DNA from: an uncultured Chloroflexia bacterium
GTDB lineage: Bacteria; Chloroflexota; Limnocylindria; Limnocylindrales; CSP1-4
DNA length: 64,000 bases
Direction: 5' to 3'
Assembly: GCA_963768655.1 (NCBI GenBank)
Contig: CAVYIM010000004.1
Location: forward strand, 1-64,000
The position numbers and the translations under genes are program-made. Below the pieces are notes generated by a model. That model saw only the letters and a program-made list of their open reading frames with translations, did no database searches and was not told the DNA's origin. Positions 9,066 through 17,620 of the stretch are shown piece after piece; position 1 is the first letter of the stretch; every line of letters starts with the position of its first letter.

Positions 9066-9569
9066 ATGACGAGCGGGCACGACGAGCAGGCGGACGCATT
9101 CGCGGGCTGGGCGCGACAGAGGATGCCCGACTCGTACCGTCTGGCCGTCGCCATCCTGCGAGACGAAGTCGCCGCGCAAGATGCCGTCCAGGACGCCGTG
9201 ATTCGGGCCTGGGTCGCCTGGCCACGGCTGCACGATCAGAGCCGGCTCGATCCGTGGCTCGACCGGATCATCGTCAACTGCTGTCGAGACCGCCTCCGAA
9301 AGGAAGCTCGGAATTCACAGGCCATGCGGGCTCTCAGGCTGGATGGCCACGACCCGCAGTCGGACCCGAGGGTTGATGCTCTCCGGCAGGCGATGGTGCG
9401 CCTATCGCCAGACCACCGAATCGCAGTGACGCTTCGCTATTTCGATGATCTCTCGATCGAAGAGATCGCTCGACGAACCGGATGCCGAGAGGGAACGATC
9501 AAGTCACGCCTCCATTACGCGCTAATAGCCCTCCGAGCGGCCTACGACGCGACGGAGAGAGGAAAGTAG
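9066..9569 (+). CDS. ECF RNA polymerase sigma factor (sigma70 group 4)
   Basis: Region 2: YRLAVAIL...AQDAVQDA...WLDRIIVNCCRD. Region 4: LSPDHRIAVTLRYFDDLSIEEIA...GTIKSRLHYA. ATG at 9066 after GAGAGGG. Confidence 0.92.
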   Translation: MTSGHDEQADAFAGWARQRMPDSYRLAVAILRDEVAAQDAVQDAVIRAWVAWPRLHDQSRLDPWLDRIIVNCCRDRLRKEARNSQAMRALRLDGHDPQSDPRVDALRQAMVRLSPDHRIAVTLRYFDDLSIEEIARRTGCREGTIKSRLHYALIALRAAYDATERGK

Positions 9570-9575
9570 GGCGAC

Positions 9576-10127
9576 ATGACAGGCGACCAATTCGATGACG
9601 ATCTACGGCGAGTCGTCCATGACTACGCCGACGCCGAGCCGCCGCTCGCGCTCGAAGAATGGCTCGTGGATCTCCCGGCCAGCGCGACGCGGCCCCGTCG
9701 GTCGCCGATGACGTTCGTCAGGCCGCTGGCCGCCGCTGCCGCGGTGCTCGTGATCTCCGCTCTGGCGTTCAGCGTCTATTGGTCTCGCTCAGGCCCAGCG
9801 GCACCAGCGGCCCTCCCGTCAGGGCAGCCCCTCACAATTGTCACCGAGCCGGTGTCCCGTCCTGGCGCCCCGTGCCTAACGGCCTTGTTGTCGGGGATCG
9901 AGATGAAGCGGTCTGGATCGGAGATCATCTTCTCCCTACCCGACGGGGTCGCAGGCATCACATGGCCGTATGGGACAAAAGCGCTGCTCGTCAACGGAAT
10001 AGCCGAGTTGTTCGCCGCAGACGGAACCCTGATCGGCACCGAAGGACAGACACTCCCGGACTTCAGCGGTGGATTGGGCGTGGACAATCGTTTTCACGTC
10101 TGCGAGATCAGCGGCCGCGACCATTAG
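9576..10127 (+). CDS. Single-pass membrane protein, probable anti-sigma factor
   Basis: 6 nt after the ECF gene; short cytoplasmic N-terminus (FDDDLRR), one TM helix, Cys-containing ectodomain. Confidence 0.72.
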   Translation: MTGDQFDDDLRRVVHDYADAEPPLALEEWLVDLPASATRPRRSPMTFVRPLAAAAAVLVISALAFSVYWSRSGPAAPAALPSGQPLTIVTEPVSRPGAPCLTALLSGIEMKRSGSEIIFSLPDGVAGITWPYGTKALLVNGIAELFAADGTLIGTEGQTLPDFSGGLGVDNRFHVCEISGRDH

Positions 10128-10251
10128 CCCTGGACCAGACACAACTGCGCCGGTGCGATGGTGTTCGGGGTCGTTGCACCGGCGCAACCTACAGCTCGTG
10201 TTCTCGCGCGCAGCTCAACCCGCGCCGGCAACTCGCGCAGGCATATCGCAC

Positions 10252-10323
10252 AATAATCGACAGCTTCACCGCTCACCCTCTCGCGCTCAGGAGTCCCTCA
10301 ACTCCACCGCTTATCGGCTGACG
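10252..10323. repeat. Conserved cassette right-end sequence, copy 2
   Basis: Direct repeat of 8551-8622 at offset 1701. Confidence 0.9.
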
Positions 10324-10363
10324 GCTCCCAAAGCACGTGCGTTAGCCACTACGCTACACCCCG
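10324..10363 (-). repeat. Displaced, probably original chromosomal tRNA-Pro 5' half
   Basis: CGGGGTGTAGCGTAGTGGCTAACGCACGTGCTTTGGGAGC, 36/40 identical to the intact tRNA. Its upstream sequence differs from the other two copies and has its own -10 TATGAT (10378-10373). Confidence 0.88.
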
Positions 10364-10448
10364 AGCTGCGCAATCATACGGCTCCCGAGCGGCGTGGCGG
10401 TCGCGATGCGCCGCCCAGTGTGGGCCGGCGTGCGCAAACGGCGGACCG

Positions 10449-11657
10449 TCACGGATGCGCCGGACCCGGGTCGTACAGCTCGGCCGAGGCGAGACTCCCC
10501 GAGTCGCCGTCGCCTCCGACGATCAGGACCCGACCGTCGGCCAGCAGAGTCGCCGTGTGGTTGCGGCGAGCGGCGGCCAGCGAACCGTTGAGGGTGAAGG
10601 TCCCGCTCGCCGGGTCGTACACCTCCACGGAGGCAAGCACGGCGAGGTCGTAGCCGCCGGCGATGAGGACGCGGCCGTCGGGCAGGAGCGTCGCGGTCTG
10701 GCTCCCGCGGGCGGTCGCGAGCGAGCCGGTCGGGCTGAAGGTTCCGCTCGTCGGGTCGTACAGCTCGGCCGAGGCGACACCCAGGACATCGTAGCCACCG
10801 GCGACCAGCACGCGGCCGCCGGTCAGCAGCGTGGCGGTGTGGGCTGAGCGGGCCTCAGCCATCGATCCGGTCGGAGTGAACTTGCCGGTCCCCGGGTCGT
10901 ACAGCTCGGCCGAGGCCAGGGAGTCCGTCCCATCGAACCCACCGGCGATGAGGACGCGACCGTTGGCAAGCCTGGTGGCCGTGTGGTTGTCACGAGCTTG
11001 AGCCATCGAGCCGGTCGGCGTGAACCTGCCGGTCTTCGGGTTGTACAGCTCGGCCGACGAGAAGGGCACGCCGTTGCCGACCATGCCGCCGGCTATCAGG
11101 ACCTGGCCGTCGGTCAGCAGCGTGGCGGTGTGGAAGTAGCGGGCTGTGGCCATCGATCCGGTCCGGCTGAACGTGCCGGTCTTCGGGTCGTATAGCTCGG
11201 CCGAGGTGGCGAAACCTGAATTGTCCCAGCCTCCGCCGATGAGAACCCGACCGTCGAGGAGCAGCGTGGCCGTGTGTCCCATGCGCGGGCTCGTCATCGA
11301 GCCCGTGGGCGTGAACCGTCCGGTCGCCGGGTCGTACAGCTCGGCCGAAGCGAGAGCAGTCGAGCCGTCAGCCGAGCCTCCGGCGATGAGCACCTGGCCG
11401 CTCGCCAGCATGGTTGCCGTCTGACTCTCTCGGGCGCCCGGCATCGAGCCTGTCCGGCTCGACCCATATGTCGGCGCCGGCGAAGCCGCGGTCGTCGGGG
11501 AAGGGGCCGGGCTCGGGCTTGGCGCCGCGGTGGGAGTCGCGACTGCCGGCGAGGGAGTGGCCGACCGTGCGCCGCAGCCCACGACAGCGAACGCAACAAG
11601 CGCGGCGATGAGGCACAGGCGAGGCGCCCGCGGGGTGGACCGTTGGCTCAGGCGCAC
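10449..11657 (-). CDS. Kelch-repeat (beta-propeller) lipoprotein
   Basis: Six repeats of GSM..AR..HTATLL.DGRVLIAGG...SAELYDP; lipobox VVGC; Pro/Ser/Thr linker. Confidence 0.88.
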   Translation of the reverse strand: MRLSQRSTPRAPRLCLIAALVAFAVVGCGARSATPSPAVATPTAAPSPSPAPSPTTAASPAPTYGSSRTGSMPGARESQTATMLASGQVLIAGGSADGSTALASAELYDPATGRFTPTGSMTSPRMGHTATLLLDGRVLIGGGWDNSGFATSAELYDPKTGTFSRTGSMATARYFHTATLLTDGQVLIAGGMVGNGVPFSSAELYNPKTGRFTPTGSMAQARDNHTATRLANGRVLIAGGFDGTDSLASAELYDPGTGKFTPTGSMAEARSAHTATLLTGGRVLVAGGYDVLGVASAELYDPTSGTFSPTGSLATARGSQTATLLPDGRVLIAGGYDLAVLASVEVYDPASGTFTLNGSLAAARRNHTATLLADGRVLIVGGDGDSGSLASAELYDPGPAHP

Positions 11658-11711
11658 GGACGACCGCCGGGTTCGGTGATGCTGTCAGCGGTTTCCACGA
11701 CACTCCCGCGG

Positions 11712-11921
11712 CTAGAAGTCGGTGATCCTGGTCGCCCGGTCGAGGTACTTCGCGCGGAACTGCGCGTTGAGGCGCAGGACCTCGGCCTCGGGCCCGACGA
11801 AGGAACAGCGCAGGCAGTAGTACTCGCCCCTGACCGCGTCGAAGAGCATGTCCATGTCGATCTCCCGCATCAGGCAACGCGGGCAGCGGTAGTTCAGCTT
11901 GCCTTTTCGACCTTGAGCCAT
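11712..11921 (-). CDS. Small zinc-ribbon protein (CPRC...CLRC), 69 aa
   Basis: MAQGRKGKLNYRCPRCLMREIDMDMLFD...YYCLRCSF; GGAGAG upstream; overlaps the end of the upstream gene by 28 nt. Confidence 0.75.
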   Translation of the reverse strand: MAQGRKGKLNYRCPRCLMREIDMDMLFDAVRGEYYCLRCSFVGPEAEVLRLNAQFRAKYLDRATRITDF

Positions 11922-13726
11922 GTGCGCAGCTCTCCAGTCCCGCGGACGGTCTTGGTGATGCCCAGGGTGAACATCGGCGAGAACGCCATGCCCTCGCGCA
12001 GGTAGCCTGCCGCATCGGGCGAGTCCGAGCGCATCGAGAGCCGGGTATCCAGCTGGGGCACCAGGGCCTCGGCGGAGATCACACCTGCGACGGTCGCCTC
12101 GCGGCACCGATAGGCATAGTCGATCGATGCGGAGCCGGACTGCCCCTGCAGGCCGAGGCGCACGCCGGTGAGATCCTCGGGATACTCGGTCGTGCCGTAG
12201 CAGGCGGTGACGTACTCGTCGAGCTCGACCTCGGCATCAGGGTCGCTCGAACGCACGATCCGGCGCACGATCTCGATCTCGCCGCTGCCCTCGACCAGGC
12301 GGAAGATCGAGACCACGCCGATGCTGAAGCGCTCGAACTCGATGTCCACCGGATCGAGAGTCAGGACGCGGGTGTCGCCCGCCTCGGAGAAGGAGGCGTG
12401 GGTGCGGCAGGCGCACAGGTCGACCTCCTCGCCGCCATGGCGGAAGCGGGCGCTCTTGATGGCGCCCTCGCCGGCGTAGTGGGTGAAGTAGCCGGCCCGG
12501 TAGAGCGACTGGACCAGGAAGGGGTAGGAAGCGTCCGCGATGTGGGCCGTACCCACGCCGCAGGGCCGCACGAGCTTGGCCGCGTAGGGCCGCAGGTCGA
12601 TCAACGCGCCGCCCTGGTTCATGTCCAGGCAGAACCGCATCGCCGGATCGGCGAACCAGAACTGCTGGCGCTCCGAGCCATACAGGATGTCGCGCCAGAG
12701 CGTGCATTCGGGCCGGCTGTACGGACGACCCGCCCGGTAGGCGTCGGCGAACTCGCTCAGCGTGAGATCGAGCGCCTGGCCTTCGGCCTTGAGCCGGCCG
12801 TAGTAGGCCATGCCATCTTGGTAGCTCTTGCGCAGGAAGTCGTAGTCGGCCTCCCAGCGGCCGCCCTTGCTCATCCAGCCCGGGCCCACGAACATCATGT
12901 TGTAGGCGTAGCCGCGGTTGTAGGCCGCCATGGCCCGGTACTGATCCACTAGGTTGGCGAAGTAGGGGATCTCGCGGTCCTCGTAGACCATGCCGCGCAG
13001 GATGTTCTGGGGGTGGGTGCCGTAGTAGGAACCCGGGCCGTCGAACACGGCCATGAGGTCGCGCGAGAGGTGCGGGACGGCGACGATGCCGATGTCGTCG
13101 GACTCGTCCGAGGCGGGGCAGTGGATGTTGCGCCGCGAGGGTATCCAGGGGTTCCAGGGGCCGCCGTCTAGGAGGGTGTACCAGGAGTTGTTGGCGTTGT
13201 GGTAGGCCTTGGGCCCCTCTTCCCAGCACGTGGCCACCGCGGCCTTGACCGCCGGATAGCGCTCTTTGATGTAGCTGACCAGCTCCGCGTCCATGTAGTA
13301 GGAGCCGGTCGAGGTCGGGGCGAAGCCGAAGACCGCCTCGAACCTGCCGAAGACCTCGTCGACGATGGCGCGCTTGTCCGCCATCGAGAAGAGCCAGATG
13401 GCGAGCTCTCTTGAGTGGAACTTCTCGCGGAACTGGGCGCACTGCAGGCCCAGGAACGTCAGGCCGATCTCGTCGCCGTACTGCTCGTGGTCCGCCCTGG
13501 CCATGGCCACGGCCGCCTCGTTGAAGAGGCTCGCGTAGGTCATCTGGATCGTCGTCCGGATGCCGTTTTGGTGGGCGATGCGCTGCTGCGTGCGGAAGAT
13601 GTCCAGCGACTCGCGGATGACGGCGCTGCGCGCGAGATCCTCGGCCTTGCCCTCCTGCGCCTCGCGCTGGAGGTACTCGGGCACCATCTCGGGCCGGTGG
13701 ATCACGGTCAGGTAGAAGGTCGTCAT
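11894..13726 (-). CDS. Uncharacterised 610-aa protein, possible NodB/GH57-like barrel carbohydrate-active enzyme
   Basis: Clean, aromatic-rich ORF with an AAAGGA RBS. YGDEIG and PWIPSRRNIHCPA resemble DUF3863-type proteins (from memory, unverified). Confidence 0.65.
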   Translation of the reverse strand: MTTFYLTVIHRPEMVPEYLQREAQEGKAEDLARSAVIRESLDIFRTQQRIAHQNGIRTTIQMTYASLFNEAAVAMARADHEQYGDEIGLTFLGLQCAQFREKFHSRELAIWLFSMADKRAIVDEVFGRFEAVFGFAPTSTGSYYMDAELVSYIKERYPAVKAAVATCWEEGPKAYHNANNSWYTLLDGGPWNPWIPSRRNIHCPASDESDDIGIVAVPHLSRDLMAVFDGPGSYYGTHPQNILRGMVYEDREIPYFANLVDQYRAMAAYNRGYAYNMMFVGPGWMSKGGRWEADYDFLRKSYQDGMAYYGRLKAEGQALDLTLSEFADAYRAGRPYSRPECTLWRDILYGSERQQFWFADPAMRFCLDMNQGGALIDLRPYAAKLVRPCGVGTAHIADASYPFLVQSLYRAGYFTHYAGEGAIKSARFRHGGEEVDLCACRTHASFSEAGDTRVLTLDPVDIEFERFSIGVVSIFRLVEGSGEIEIVRRIVRSSDPDAEVELDEYVTACYGTTEYPEDLTGVRLGLQGQSGSASIDYAYRCREATVAGVISAEALVPQLDTRLSMRSDSPDAAGYLREGMAFSPMFTLGITKTVRGTGELRTWLKVEKAS

Positions 13727-13953
13727 CGAAGTCCTTTGTGCGTGAGTCTTGCCCGTTGCCGCGGACGCTCTCGTCGGCAGCGGAGCTGCCCGCCCCCCAG
13801 GCGTCAGGCGATGATGATAATGCCGCGTCGCCTGCGGACCCGTTGGGGGCTGGCAACCACCGGCGTCGGCCGCTCACAAGGCTGGCGGGCGACCCTGGGG
13901 CCCGGTACGATTCGCCGCAGTTGGGGCCGCGCCTTCGAAAGTGGGAGAGGCAG

Positions 13954-14412
13954 ATGACGGACGGGAACTGGAGCGACTACGTCGCCGACGCCGGCTCGGA
14001 TCCGGCCGCGCTTTCGGACGTTTCCGCCGACATGGGCGGCGCGATCGATTCGACCCAGGCCGGGCTCGGTGCCATCGATTCGACCGACCTGCCGGGCCCG
14101 CTGGCGGACGACGTCTCATCGGCCGGGTACAACCTGGATGAGGCATCGAGCTGGCAGCAGTGGGCCGACGGCGACCTGGCCAACGTCGCCAGCTGGCAGG
14201 ACGACGCCGCGGGCGACGTGGCGGACGCGAACGCGTGGGCCGCCTTCGGCGACGCGGACGCCGCGCAGGAGGAGCTCGGCTCCGCCCAGACGGCATCGGA
14301 TATCGCCGCCGAGGAGGCCGGCACGGCCTCGACGGACCTTTCGATCGGGGCCGACTACTCGGACTCGGCGGCCGACAACCTTTCGGACGCCGGCTCGGAC
14401 TCGAGCTTGTAG
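13954..14412 (+). CDS. Extremely acidic hypothetical protein (152 aa)
   Basis: GGAGAGG RBS then ATG at 13954; D/A/S-rich; 15 nt upstream of the next gene. Confidence 0.7.
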   Translation: MTDGNWSDYVADAGSDPAALSDVSADMGGAIDSTQAGLGAIDSTDLPGPLADDVSSAGYNLDEASSWQQWADGDLANVASWQDDAAGDVADANAWAAFGDADAAQEELGSAQTASDIAAEEAGTASTDLSIGADYSDSAADNLSDAGSDSSL

Positions 14413-14427
14413 CGCCCGGAGGAGCAT

Positions 14428-16110
14428 GTGGCCGCAACCGTCGGGCTCGACTTCGAGCGCAAGGTTTCAGTCCCCTCGGTGGAGGTTCGCGCCGCCATTG
14501 CCGCGGCGCTCCGCGAGCTCGGCTTCAAGATCAGCGCCGATACGCTGACGCGAGTCGAGGCGAAGCGCGGCTCGCTCATCGGCAGCTCGCTGCTCATGAA
14601 GAAATCGATGGCGACGCGGGTGGTCTTCGAGGTCTCCAGCGAGGCCGACGGGTGCAACGTCGTGGCCCACCTGAGCGACGCCATTCCGAATCTGGGCAAG
14701 ACGTGGGGCATCAACCGCGTCTACAGGGACATCTTCGACGAGGTTCAGCGCCGCGTCGATCTGGCCCTGGCGAAACTCGATCCCGCCGCCGCGCAGTCCT
14801 TCGGGGATGCTCGCTTCTGGAGCCGGGCAGCCGAAGTCGCTGTGATCGAGCAGACGAACGTCGTCTCCGGCAAGCTCGCAGGAGGAGCGGTCGAAGCGGC
14901 CGGCAAGGCGATCGATGGTTCGACGGACAAGACGCCGGCGGTCTGGAAGGGCGTGGACTCCGTCACCTACCGGTCCTCCCCGGGCCTGGCGCTCCTGACG
15001 CTGGCCGAAACGCAGGCGGATCTGGGGATCGCGGTGCTGGTCGTCTCGCATCCCGGCTCGATGCCGGAGAACCTGTCTCGCGACGTGGAGCAGTTCGCCG
15101 CCGGCGTCGAGCGGCAGCTGACCGCGGCCGCCGGACACGCGGTCTCGATCGACGTATCCGACGCCCAGAGGCCGGTCCTGGAATTCCTGCATCAGCAGGC
15201 TCAGATTCGCGCCGAGCTGCCGCTCCGCGAGTTGCACACGTGTCGAAGCTGCCGGCTCGAGAAGATCACGAACCCGGAGTACGAGCGGATCGCCGCCCGG
15301 AACGAGAAGATCGGCGACATCGTGGCCGGGGTCGGCGCCACTATCAGCGCCAAGGGGATATCGCCGACCTTCGTCCTGGGCCAGGTGTTCAAGCTCAAGA
15401 AGCTTGACCCTGACTTCGTCTGCACCCGCTGCCAGGGGATGGAGGCTGACGAACGAATCGTCACGTTCTGCCCGAGCTGCGCCGCCCTCATGAAGGAAGT
15501 GGTGCTGCGCCTCTGCCCGAAGTGCAAGTTCGACTTCCGAACGAAAGTGGCGAAGAAGTCGATGTGGACGGCCCTGCCGCCGAAGACCGCCGAGCCCGAA
15601 GCCGCGGCGGGCGAGACCGCGCCGGGCGAGGTCGCGGCGGTCGTTGCTGAGCCGGGCGCGCCGGAGCCGGTCGCCGCAGGGCCCGAGGCCGCGCCGGGCG
15701 AAACCGCGCCGGGCGAGGTCGAGCCGGAGGTCGCGCCGGAGCCGGTCGCGCCACTGGCCGCGTTCGTGCCGCAGGCACTCCCACCGACGCCCATCGCGCC
15801 CACGGCCGCGCCGGCCCCTGTGCCACCCGCGGCGGCCCCTGTCCCGGTCGCGCCGGCCCCTGCCCCGCCCGCTGCCCCACTCGGCGCGGCGCCCGCCTCC
15901 GGGCCGAGAGCCTGGCCATCGCCGGCGGCGGTTCCACTCGGCAAGCCGCTCGTTGGGCAGCGCGGCAAGCCGTGCCAGATGTGCCGGCGCGAGTACCCGA
16001 ACCTCTGGCGGGTGGTCATCGCCACGCCGGCCGGCTTCGAGGAGCGCTTCATCTGCGGTACCACCTTCGCCTGCCAGATGGTCTCGCTCGTCCCGGCGGT
16101 GCAGGTGTAG
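14428..16110 (+). CDS. Multi-zinc-ribbon hypothetical protein with Pro/Ala-rich linker
   Basis: GGAGGAG RBS; CRSC, CTRC, CPSC, CPKC, CQMC and a terminal Cx5C; AP-rich linker. Confidence 0.8.
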   Translation: MAATVGLDFERKVSVPSVEVRAAIAAALRELGFKISADTLTRVEAKRGSLIGSSLLMKKSMATRVVFEVSSEADGCNVVAHLSDAIPNLGKTWGINRVYRDIFDEVQRRVDLALAKLDPAAAQSFGDARFWSRAAEVAVIEQTNVVSGKLAGGAVEAAGKAIDGSTDKTPAVWKGVDSVTYRSSPGLALLTLAETQADLGIAVLVVSHPGSMPENLSRDVEQFAAGVERQLTAAAGHAVSIDVSDAQRPVLEFLHQQAQIRAELPLRELHTCRSCRLEKITNPEYERIAARNEKIGDIVAGVGATISAKGISPTFVLGQVFKLKKLDPDFVCTRCQGMEADERIVTFCPSCAALMKEVVLRLCPKCKFDFRTKVAKKSMWTALPPKTAEPEAAAGETAPGEVAAVVAEPGAPEPVAAGPEAAPGETAPGEVEPEVAPEPVAPLAAFVPQALPPTPIAPTAAPAPVPPAAAPVPVAPAPAPPAAPLGAAPASGPRAWPSPAAVPLGKPLVGQRGKPCQMCRREYPNLWRVVIATPAGFEERFICGTTFACQMVSLVPAVQV

Positions 16111-16211
16111 CCGCCCCGTCAGCGCCGCGGCCACGCGCACCCGACGTCGGGCCGAGCGCCCGGGAGCGCCGCAACCACGCGCCGCCGACGACGGGCTGAG
16201 CGCCGCGCCCG

Positions 16212-16871
16212 CTAGAACCCGAGCTCGGCCAGGATCGTGTGCATGCGACGGGCGGCGCGGCCGCGGTGGGAGATGCGGTTCTTGTCCTCGGCCGTCCATT
16301 CGCCCAGCGTTCGACCGCCCGGTGGCTCCACGGCCGGCTCGAAGATCGGGTCGTAGCCGAAGCCTCCGGTGCCTCGGGGTGCGACCGCGATGCGGCCCGC
16401 CAGCGTCCCATGCGAGAAACGGATCGGGATCCCGCCCCGCGACCCCGCTGCCTCGGGCAGCGCCAGCGCCAGCGCGCAGCGGTAGCGCGCCGCCCGTCGC
16501 TCCGGCGGAAGCCCCGCCAGCTCGCGGAGCAGCTTGACGTTGTTGTGCTCGTCCGTCGCGTCCTCGCCGGCGTAGCGCCGTGTCCGAACGCCAGGGCCGC
16601 CGCCGAGCGCGTCGACCTCGAGGCCGGAGTCGTCCGCCAGAGTCGCCAGGCCCGACAGCGCCGCGAAGAAGCGCGCCTTCTTGGCCGCGTTGGATTCGAA
16701 CGTCTCGCCGTCCTCGATCGCGTCGCCCGGAATGCCGGCATCGTCGAGGCTCACAAGCTCGGCCCGCAGCGGGCCGAGCAGCTCGCGCAGCTCACGCAGC
16801 TTGTGCGCCGAGCGGGTCGCGACGAGCAGGCGCGAACGATCGGTCCGATCCACCGTGGCCTGAGCTCTCAC
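16212..16871 (-). CDS. rdgB: Non-canonical purine NTP pyrophosphatase (RdgB/HAM1)
   Basis: ATRSAHKLREL, ADDSGLEVDALGGGPG, GFGYDPIF, KNRISHRGRA; directly downstream of rph. Confidence 0.92.
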   Translation of the reverse strand: MRAQATVDRTDRSRLLVATRSAHKLRELRELLGPLRAELVSLDDAGIPGDAIEDGETFESNAAKKARFFAALSGLATLADDSGLEVDALGGGPGVRTRRYAGEDATDEHNNVKLLRELAGLPPERRAARYRCALALALPEAAGSRGGIPIRFSHGTLAGRIAVAPRGTGGFGYDPIFEPAVEPPGGRTLGEWTAEDKNRISHRGRAARRMHTILAELGF

Positions 16872-16885
16872 CTGGGCCGCGACCC

Positions 16886-17620
16886 CTAACGCTTCACCGA
16901 GGCGAGCGCCTCGGCCTGCGCGGCTAACAGGCGCTCGAGCCCGCCGGCCGCCATGTCGAGCATGCGGTCGACGTCGGCTCGTTCGAACGGCTTGCCTTCG
17001 GCCGTGCCCTGCAGCTCGACGTAACGCCCGGCGTCGGTCGCGACGACGTTGAAGTCCACGTCGGCCTTCGAGTCCTCGGAGTAGTCCAGGTCCAGGCAGA
17101 TCAGGCCGCCCAGGATGCCGACGCTTACGGCGGCCACTTTGCCGATCAGGCAGCGCTCCATGCCATACGTGGTCAGGGCCGCGGCCAGCGCGACCCAGCC
17201 GCCCGTGATCGAGGCGGTGCGCGTCCCTCCGTCGGCGTTGATCACGTCGCAGTCGATGGTGATCGTTCGCTCGCCGAGCTTGCCCGTGTCGATGACGCCC
17301 CGCAGCGATCGACCGACCAGGCGCTGGATCTCGTACGTTCGGCCGCCGACCTTGCCCTTGGTGGCCTCGCGAATGCTCCGCTCGCTGGTGGCTCGCGGCA
17401 GCATGCTGTACTCGGCCGTGACCCAGCCGGTGCCCTTGCCACGCAGATGCGGCGGGATCTTGTCTTCGATCGTGGCCGCGCACAGGACCTCGGTGCCGCC
17501 GAGCTTGATCAGGCACGAACCCTCGGCCCATTTCTGGACGCCGAGAGTCATCGAGATCGGGCGCAGCGCGCTCGGGAGACGCCCGTCGGCACGCTTGAGG
17601 GGTTGAGCCCCGATAGTCAT
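16886..17620 (-). CDS. rph: Ribonuclease PH
   Basis: GWVTAEYSMLPRAT, EIQRLVGRSLR, ADGGTRTASITG, ELQGTAEG. Confidence 0.97.
   Translation of the reverse strand: MTIGAQPLKRADGRLPSALRPISMTLGVQKWAEGSCLIKLGGTEVLCAATIEDKIPPHLRGKGTGWVTAEYSMLPRATSERSIREATKGKVGGRTYEIQRLVGRSLRGVIDTGKLGERTITIDCDVINADGGTRTASITGGWVALAAALTTYGMERCLIGKVAAVSVGILGGLICLDLDYSEDSKADVDFNVVATDAGRYVELQGTAEGKPFERADVDRMLDMAAGGLERLLAAQAEALASVKR

Larger units (their letters stand above)
8623..10323. mobile_element. Cassette 2 (1701 bp): integrase-less element in tRNA-Pro carrying ECF sigma + anti-sigma
   Basis: Bounded by tRNA 5'-half repeats at 8623-8661 and 10324-10363, with the same end architecture as cassette 1. Confidence 0.75.

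Noticed and set aside
7248-10363. CRISPR array or three separate tRNA genes
   Set aside because: The repeats are kilobases apart and separated by genes. The second and third copies lack the T-arm and acceptor 3' strand, so they are att-type halves. No cas genes are present.
10449-11657. Kelch gene as part of the cassette array
   Set aside because: It lies beyond the outermost tRNA half and its promoter, with no cassette-end motifs around it; its internal repeats are ordinary propeller blades.
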